A DNA stretch of 37,833 bases from Verrucomicrobiia bacterium (GTDB lineage: Bacteria > Verrucomicrobiota > Verrucomicrobiia > Limisphaerales > UBA11358). The position numbers and the translations under genes were made by a program. The notes beneath the pieces were generated by a model. It was given only the letters and a program-made list of their open reading frames with translations, was not told where the DNA came from and did no database searches. Positions 32,113 through 37,833 of this stretch are shown here, one piece after another (positions within the stretch are counted from its first letter, which is position 1; the number at the start of each line of letters is the position of its first letter). The stretch covers positions 1 through 37,833 of the forward strand of contig DATNHI010000168.1 of assembly GCA_035605035.1 (NCBI GenBank). The letters are read 5' to 3'.

Positions 32113-35100
32113 CTAGTATCCCAACCAAACGGCCCGGTAAAAGAACGCATTTCCATTGGTGGCGGGTTGCGGCAGGAGGAGGTTAAAACCGGTCGTCAGG
32201 ATGGTATTGGTGCTGACGGGCAACCATGACCCGCTGCTCAGCGAAGTCCGGCGTTGGAGCTGATAAACCGTGCCGGTCGTGCCGGTGATGCCCAGCCCAA
32301 CGCTTTTGCCCGCCACCAATACCGGATTGGTCACCGTGTAAAACGCGGTATAGGCCGTAATTTGTCCAGGCTGCACTGTCACCGTCTGGTCGGTCGGCAG
32401 GTTCCAGCCCGCTACCGGTTTGAATTGCACCCCAAACGCGTTGGTGGACCGCACCGGCCATGTAAAGTTAGTAGCCGACCCGTAATCATTATCATTCGTG
32501 TCTCCTTGCAAGCGCCAGGCTGCCCCAGCCGCAACCGCCGCCGGCGGAGCCAACCAGAATTGCAGACAACCAGGACTATTGGAGTTAACGGCCTGACTCG
32601 GGATGAAGGTGATGACGCCGCCACCTGCGTAGTTCCCGCCCGTGTATCCCGATGCCGCCGCATTAGTGATCAGGTTCACTACGTCGCTGTCAATCGCGCG
32701 CACTGCCGACGCATAGGGCGTGGTGCCGTTATACAACGACCCCAGATACACGCCTGCCGGATAATAATAACCGTTGTACTGCACATACAGCGGCCCGCCA
32801 CTGTTGCCCGGATAACTCAAGAACCACGTTGCGGTATAAACCTGCTGGTCGGCCACCGGATCGGTGGCCAGCGTGAGTGGATACGGTTGCGGATCGGTCT
32901 GATACATCTCGCCCGGCACGATCGTTGTTTTCTCAAACTGCGACCCGTCCACCGGATAACCCACCAGCATCTTCAGACTCGTCCCCGTCAGCCACGGATT
33001 GGGCGTCGCGTCTGAAGGCAGATAACCCCCGTAACCACCGCCAGGCCCAGCCACCGGCAACAGAAAATACAATGCCGCCACATCGAGGTTGCGGGATTGT
33101 GGTGTGGAGGTGTCCGGCGCGTAAACTTTCAGATCGTTGGTCCGTTGCGCGGCGTAGCCGCTCAACACATAGCAGCCGCGCGCCTGCAACGGGTCCGGCT
33201 CAAACACATTCGCCTCCTCTTGAAAATACCAGTAGGCCTGGCTGGCATAAGACAAGGTCTGGTCGTTGAACACCAGATGCCCCGCCGTCAGCACCACATA
33301 GGCTTGCACCGCCACCCCGCTGCCGTAACCCACATCCGTCTCCAACTGCCCGTTGAACCCGAAGGGATAATCCGTCAGATCACTGATATTGGCCGGCGGC
33401 ACCGGCGTGGGCAACAGCGCCCCAGCGGGGGCCGGTTGCGCTAAAAGATAGTTTTCAGATACATAGGTCGTCAAACCGGCCTGAACCTGCACGGACAAGT
33501 TGGGTGGGGTGACCCGGTTACTGACCGTGGCAAACCCAATCAAGTAGGTGCCGGCCGCCAGATTGGTGCTGTAATCGGAAGGATACCAGGGCGGGCTGCT
33601 GCCAAGGAACCCCCAGTAGGAGCCACTGGGCGGGTTTGGGCCAAGATCCACCTTCAGCGTGCCGCCGTTGTTCGTATCCACGGTGCCGATGGTCGGGTAA
33701 TACTGATTGGTGATGGATGCCGATTGGTTGTTGTCCAACTCTACTGGCTTAGTCAGAGGAATTACGATCCAGCCTGGAATGGCGCGAAATTCGATGGGGT
33801 ATCCGCCCGCCACCAAATTGCTCGCCGTCTGACCATTGGTACGCCACGCGACCTCCCACGGGAACCGCCATTGTCCGTTGGCCTCTGGTGGCAACAAGGT
33901 CACGGTCAGCGAAGAGCTCATCGCGGGCTGGCTATATGATACTGCATTCGCCGCCAGGTAGGCCGTGAACACTCCCTTGCGAATCGTGTTGTTTCCTGTA
34001 TCCGCCACATAGACAATGCCAGCACTGTCCACCGTGATGCCTTCAGGGCGGTTAAATCGCGCGGCATTGCCTGCTCCGTCCGCGCTGCCAAAGACACCGG
34101 GCAATCCGCCTATCGTGTTCACCACCCAGTTCGTACCGACAGGAGTTATCTTCCGAATCGTGCCGTTCGTGGCGGCGTCCGTAACGTAAAGATTGCCCGA
34201 GCCATCCACGGCTATGCTGGTAGGAGACGCAAACAACGCATTCGTTCCCGTGCCGTCCGTGCTGCCTTGAATCCCAACCAAGCCGGCGATTGTGCTTACC
34301 AGCCAGCCGGAGCCTTCCGGTGTATTTACCAGTGTAATCTTTCGAATCGTGCTGTCGCCATAATCCGCCACATAAAGATTAGTGGAGCTGTCCACCGCCA
34401 GACCATGCGCCTTGTAACCCGACGCGATGGTGGTGACCTCCCAGCCGGCGGGGCCTTCCGGTGTAATCTTTCGAATCTTGAGGTTGTAGGTGTCCGCCAC
34501 ATAGAGATTGCCCACACCATCGACGGCGACGCCGGAAGGCCCGCTAAACCGCGCATTGTTCCCGTAGCCGTCATTGGCCCCAGAACTTCCAGCCAAGCCC
34601 GCCAAGGTGTTCACCACCCCGGCAGAAGTGATTTGTCGAATTGTGTTATTGACCGTGTCCGCCACATAGAGATTGCCCGCGCCATCCACGGCGACGCCGG
34701 AAGGCCCGTTAAACCGCGCATCGCTCCCGGCACCGTCATTGGTCCCGGAACTTCCGGCCAAGCCCGCCAGGGTGTTCACCACCCCGGCAGAGGTAATTTG
34801 TCGAATTGTGTTATTGGCCGTGTCCGCCACATAGAGATTGCCCGCGCTGTCTGCTGCAACACCGCCAGGTAAGGAAAACCGCGCGGCGCTGCCCGTGCCG
34901 TCCGCACTCCCACTTACCGAACCGGCGATGGTCCTGACGACTGCCGCCGAGGTAATTTTGCGGATCGTGTAGTTGCCTGAGTCCGCCACATAGAGATTGC
35001 CCGCGCCGTCCGCCGCGACGCCACCAGGATAGGAAAATCGTGCCGTGTGGCCGGTGCCGTCCGTGCTGCCTTGAATCCCAGCCAAACCGGCGATAGTGCT

Positions 35101-36261
35101 AACCACCCAGTTAGTGCCCACTGGCGTGATTTTCCGAATGGTGGAATTGCCGGAATCAGCCACGTACAGGTTGCCCCCGCTGTCCACGGCAATACCACTT
35201 GGTGCATAAAACCGCGCGGCGCCATTCGTGCCGTCGGCACTCCCGTGATTCCGCGCCGACCCGGCGACCGTGCTTACCACCCAGTTGGTGCCCACCGGCG
35301 TGATTTTTCGAATGGTTTGGTTGTACGTATCGGTGACATACACATTGCCCGCGTTGTCCACCGCAATACCACTTGGTGTATTAAACCGCGCGGTGCCGTT
35401 CGTGCCGTCGGCGCTGCCGGATGCACCGGGAAATCCCGCTATGGTAATTACCACTCCTGCCGGTGTAATTTTTCGGATCGTGGAGTCGCCGACGTCCGTC
35501 ACATAGACATTGCCATTGCTGTCCAAAGCGACGTTCGCAGGACTCACAAACTGTGCGACACTGCCCACACCGTCGGCGCTGCCGGAGGAAGGGTAGCCCG
35601 CGAAGGTGGTCCAAGTATAAGCAGCGGCATACGTCTGTGGTGGCAGGGTGGTTAAAGTAATATTGTCGATCGTCAGGGTGTCGGTGTTGCCGGCGCCGCC
35701 CCACTGCCAGGAATTGAGTTGAAAGTTGAACTGCCAGGTCACGCCGGTTGGGCTGTTCGTCGTGATGCTGCCCAGGTTTACGCTGAAATGCTGCCAGGTA
35801 TTGGCTGCGGTCAACTGCTCGTTGGTTGCCGCGTTTATGACTGGCCCTGTGCCGCCAAAATAATTGGACGGCCAGGTTTGTATCATAAACTGGATGTTGG
35901 CCGCCTGACTGCCTTTGGCATCAAACGACAATACGTAGTCCGCCGGGTTCGTGTCCGTGTTCCCGGAAACCGTCAGCAACTGCACCTGCCCGCCGTAATA
36001 GTCACTCCCGGTTGTTGGCGTCATTGTCTCCTGCCAGCAGCCGTTCGGGTTTCCGCCGCTCGCCAGCACAAAGTTGGTGCAACCGGTCGGGCTGCCTCCC
36101 GAATACGAGCCGGTGCTGAACGCGCCGGTATAACCGCCGTCGAAGTCCTCGTCGAATATTGTCGTCTGGGCAGCGGCGGTGAAACCACCGAGCACGACTG
36201 CCAGCCACGCCCCTGAACAGATTTTGCCGGTGGCCATGATACAGAAGAGAGTTTTTTTCAT
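32113..36261 (-). CDS. giant secreted CBM-like / NHL-repeat (10 blades) / trypsin-like serine protease fusion protein, paralog B
   Basis: 1382 aa with a signal-like N-terminus. It has a ~190-aa N-terminal jelly-roll-like domain (about nt 35640-36180) and 10 NHL blades (about nt 33975-35630). The C-terminal half is colinear with paralog A. Triad contexts are LTAGHLV (His 33277-79), NLDVAAL (Asp 33082-84) and GNSGGPL (Ser 32800-02). It ends ...FFYRAVWLGY, and its stop is 15 nt from the ATG of paralog A. Confidence 0.9.
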   Translation of the reverse strand: MKKTLFCIMATGKICSGAWLAVVLGGFTAAAQTTIFDEDFDGGYTGAFSTGSYSGGSPTGCTNFVLASGGNPNGCWQETMTPTTGSDYYGGQVQLLTVSGNTDTNPADYVLSFDAKGSQAANIQFMIQTWPSNYFGGTGPVINAATNEQLTAANTWQHFSVNLGSITTNSPTGVTWQFNFQLNSWQWGGAGNTDTLTIDNITLTTLPPQTYAAAYTWTTFAGYPSSGSADGVGSVAQFVSPANVALDSNGNVYVTDVGDSTIRKITPAGVVITIAGFPGASGSADGTNGTARFNTPSGIAVDNAGNVYVTDTYNQTIRKITPVGTNWVVSTVAGSARNHGSADGTNGAARFYAPSGIAVDSGGNLYVADSGNSTIRKITPVGTNWVVSTIAGLAGIQGSTDGTGHTARFSYPGGVAADGAGNLYVADSGNYTIRKITSAAVVRTIAGSVSGSADGTGSAARFSLPGGVAADSAGNLYVADTANNTIRQITSAGVVNTLAGLAGSSGTNDGAGSDARFNGPSGVAVDGAGNLYVADTVNNTIRQITSAGVVNTLAGLAGSSGANDGYGNNARFSGPSGVAVDGVGNLYVADTYNLKIRKITPEGPAGWEVTTIASGYKAHGLAVDSSTNLYVADYGDSTIRKITLVNTPEGSGWLVSTIAGLVGIQGSTDGTGTNALFASPTSIAVDGSGNLYVTDAATNGTIRKITPVGTNWVVNTIGGLPGVFGSADGAGNAARFNRPEGITVDSAGIVYVADTGNNTIRKGVFTAYLAANAVSYSQPAMSSSLTVTLLPPEANGQWRFPWEVAWRTNGQTASNLVAGGYPIEFRAIPGWIVIPLTKPVELDNNQSASITNQYYPTIGTVDTNNGGTLKVDLGPNPPSGSYWGFLGSSPPWYPSDYSTNLAAGTYLIGFATVSNRVTPPNLSVQVQAGLTTYVSENYLLAQPAPAGALLPTPVPPANISDLTDYPFGFNGQLETDVGYGSGVAVQAYVVLTAGHLVFNDQTLSYASQAYWYFQEEANVFEPDPLQARGCYVLSGYAAQRTNDLKVYAPDTSTPQSRNLDVAALYFLLPVAGPGGGYGGYLPSDATPNPWLTGTSLKMLVGYPVDGSQFEKTTIVPGEMYQTDPQPYPLTLATDPVADQQVYTATWFLSYPGNSGGPLYVQYNGYYYPAGVYLGSLYNGTTPYASAVRAIDSDVVNLITNAAASGYTGGNYAGGGVITFIPSQAVNSNSPGCLQFWLAPPAAVAAGAAWRLQGDTNDNDYGSATNFTWPVRSTNAFGVQFKPVAGWNLPTDQTVTVQPGQITAYTAFYTVTNPVLVAGKSVGLGITGTTGTVYQLQRRTSLSSGSWLPVSTNTILTTGFNLLLPQPATNGNAFFYRAVWLGY

Positions 36262-36357
36262 AGGGAAGAGGCGGAGGTAAAAGTCATCCCTCTCGCGCCA
36301 TTGGGCAAAAAACAGGCGTTGAAATGGTTGGCCATTCCGTCAGCCACAGCACGGGCA

Positions 36358-36431
36358 TTTTTAATCTTTCCAGCACATCAAGTCAATTAGAATCGCGTAA
36401 TTATTGTAATCGCTCCAGCACATTAAGTTAA
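36358..36431 (-). promoter_or_regulatory. tandem sigma70-like promoter candidates for the NHL-protease operon
   Basis: The minus strand reads TTGACT-N17-TAAAAA (complement of 36381-86 and 36358-63) and TTAACT-N17-TACAAT (complement of 36426-31 and 36403-08). Each -35 box and spacer lies inside one of the 33-bp repeats. Confidence 0.4.
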
Positions 36432-36446
36432 TTTGAATTGCATAAT
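36369..36446. repeat. two 33-bp direct repeats, 45 bp apart, in the divergent control region
   Basis: TCCAGCACATCAAGTCAATTAGAATCGCGTAAT (36369-36401) and TCCAGCACATTAAGTTAATTTGAATTGCATAAT (36414-36446) are 28/33 identical. Confidence 0.85.
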
Positions 36447-36485
36447 CCCGTCGTCTGATGCAGAATCGTCCGTCGAAACATAACC

Positions 36486-37637
36486 ATGTCCCCGGCACCC
36501 AATAACCCCGCCCGATTTTTTTGGATTTGTTTGAGTTTGTCCGTCCTGTTGGCATTGGCGGCGTGGTGGTGGCTTCGGCCCTCGGCCGTCCCCGTCGCGC
36601 GCACAGCGCCGATGACGAATGCGGCTCCGGCCATTTCCCAGGCGACGACCAATCCATCGCGGGTGGCTGCCAATCCTTTGCCAGTCGCCAGCAAAACTTT
36701 GTTGATAACCAAAGACGCCGCCGCGTCACGGCAACGGTTGGCCGAGTTGAGCCAACGGCTCGCAACGCTGCCGCCGAAAGAGGCAGCGGCGGCGATTCGT
36801 CAGTTTCTCGATTCCAAAGCGGATGCCCCGACCGGCCAGGGTTTTAAAATCGGCGCGAACGGGGCTTTGAGCAGTGCGCCGACGTTCCGGGTTTTTCTGC
36901 TGGATCAACTGGGGCGTCTTGATCCGGCAGCGGCGGCTGATTATTCCAAAGTGATTCTAAGCAGCATGGATTCACCTGATGAATGGGCCGTAGCTTTGCG
37001 TAACCTCGCTTGGGGCGACACGAGTGACGAAGGGCGCGCTTTGCTGGAACAGAAAACAAGCGAAATGCTGCAATACGAACCGTGGCAGCAAAACCCCTCG
37101 GCCGGATTTCTGGAAGCGTTCGACGTGGCAGTTTATCTGGGCGGCACCAGCCTGATACCCACGTTGACGGATTTTGTCCAGCAACAGGACAATCCCGCCG
37201 TGGCGCACGCGTCCTACCTGGCATTGGACCGGCTGGTCATCAATAATCCGACAGCGGCGCTGGCCGCGCTTTTGGCCGATACCGGTTTGATGCAAGGCCG
37301 TGAGGCGACGCGGGCGAATTATTTTGCGCGGGCCGATGTGGGTAATCCGCAGCAACGGCAGATTCTGGAAAATTACCTGCTCAATCCTCAAATCAGTCCG
37401 GCGGAAATTAATACGTTTGCCGGCCTTTTCCCAAACGCCAATTACATGATTTCGCCCAATCTGCTCACGCAAACGCAAACCCCCAACCACGACGCGTTGG
37501 TGAGCCGCGATGCAGCCTCGTTGAACGTCGTACAGCAGTGGCTTGCCGATCCGCGCTTTGCCCAATTGCGCCCGAGCCTTGAAAAGACTGAAGCGCGCCT
37601 GGCGGGTTACGTGCAGCAGGAAAATCAGGGCCAGTGA
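36486..37637 (+). CDS. membrane-anchored hypothetical protein (helical, Ala/Leu-rich)
   Basis: 383 aa with ATG at 36486 and an N-terminal anchor FFWICLSLSVLLALAAWWWL. No family recognised. It is transcribed divergently from paralog B. Confidence 0.65.
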   Translation: MSPAPNNPARFFWICLSLSVLLALAAWWWLRPSAVPVARTAPMTNAAPAISQATTNPSRVAANPLPVASKTLLITKDAAASRQRLAELSQRLATLPPKEAAAAIRQFLDSKADAPTGQGFKIGANGALSSAPTFRVFLLDQLGRLDPAAAADYSKVILSSMDSPDEWAVALRNLAWGDTSDEGRALLEQKTSEMLQYEPWQQNPSAGFLEAFDVAVYLGGTSLIPTLTDFVQQQDNPAVAHASYLALDRLVINNPTAALAALLADTGLMQGREATRANYFARADVGNPQQRQILENYLLNPQISPAEINTFAGLFPNANYMISPNLLTQTQTPNHDALVSRDAASLNVVQQWLADPRFAQLRPSLEKTEARLAGYVQQENQGQ

Positions 37638-37663
37638 CGTCAGAACAGGAAGTTCAATCTTGC

Positions 37664-37833
37664 TTCAACCACCCGGCAGCGGGGCAGTTCCTGATAAGGC
37701 GTGAGCGGGTTCAATTTATAGTTCTCGCCCGTCAGATTGAGGAGGCCCAGCAGCAATTCCGCGCGGCGGTGCATGAAATAGTAACCGGCGAACAGATTGG
37801 GTTGGAAGAAATGATCGCCCGGTTCGGCGGGAG
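37664..37833 (-). CDS. partial CDS (C-terminal 55 aa of a protein whose start lies right of the window)
   Basis: Not in the track (edge-truncated). The minus-strand frame is open from the window end to a TGA (complement of 37664-37666). Translation: PAEPGDHFFQPNLFAGYYFMHRRAELLLGLLNLTGENYKLNPLTPYQELPPLPGG*. The LLNLTGENY string is reminiscent of outer-membrane barrel proteins, but that link is weak. Confidence 0.35.

Noticed and set aside
30985-32229. 414-aa plus-strand ORF, with similar ones at 30220..30939, 34267..34872 and 35047..35655, opposite the NHL-repeat genes
   Set aside because: The repetitive GC-rich NHL codons simply lack stop codons on the opposite strand. The translations are low-complexity (Arg/His/Gly/Val-rich) and periodic, with the same 165-bp unit. 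The minus-strand products are clearly the real proteins.
29930-35630. Regular ~165-170-bp periodicity that could be mistaken for a repeat array such as a CRISPR or satellite
   Set aside because: The period equals one NHL blade (55-57 codons). The repeats are imperfect, contiguous and without unique spacers, and they lie inside long open reading frames. This is a coding repeat, not a CRISPR array.
28084-36261. Idea that the two paralogs are a template/variable-repeat pair of a diversity-generating retroelement
   Set aside because: No reverse transcriptase or accessory gene is in the window. The differences between the homologous 3' regions are not confined to adenine positions by eye. The similarity spans whole domains rather than a short VR/TR.

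Overview
This is a 37.8-kb high-GC bacterial chromosomal segment. Its sequence idioms suggest a PVC-group organism, probably Verrucomicrobiota (inference only): many prepilin-type N-termini, giant secreted NHL-repeat proteins, heptamer-repeat hairpins and C-terminal ...FFRL/FYRAV tails. The left ~13 kb is mostly housekeeping: a partial secreted WD40 protein, a Tat-signal DUF362-like protein, a secreted SMP-30/gluconolactonase-like propeller, purQ, purS, divergent zwf-pgl, accA, manA, yqgE/algH, a DA1-like LIM/zinc-peptidase and tkt. At 13.1-14.6 kb there is a REP/RAYT unit (IS200-like Y1 transposase) bounded by inverted 25-mers. A third copy of the 25-mer encloses a low-GC gene for a small secreted protein. 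At 14.8-19.6 kb there is a sigma54 signalling island. It holds a CheY-like regulator plus a small ORF, a divergent NtrB/NtrC-type kinase and sigma54 activator, and a secreted protein built of three ~75-aa repeats. GG-N10-GC promoter-like boxes sit in the expected places. The 19.7-25.6 kb stretch reads as one minus-strand operon: a GspI/J/K-like minor-pseudopilin trio, a membrane protein with two (Hpt-like + receiver) modules, and a TM/coiled-coil protein with a Cys-containing pilin-head-like C-terminus. No secretin, ATPase or platform gene is present in the window. tRNA-Arg(CCG) lies at 25913-25989. At 26.2-36.3 kb there is a lipoprotein with a sigma54-like promoter, followed by two tandem, apparently co-transcribed 1337/1382-aa paralogs. 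Each paralog fuses 10-12 NHL blades, beta-sandwich domains and an apparently intact trypsin-like serine protease. This is my top candidate for an undescribed system, followed by the pseudopilin/phosphorelay operon. I saw no CRISPR array, rRNA, integrase, reverse transcriptase or recognisable defence gene. All homology calls come from reading the translations by eye; no search or HMM was run. The ORF track seems to translate GTG/TTG starts as M, so several starts were re-evaluated.
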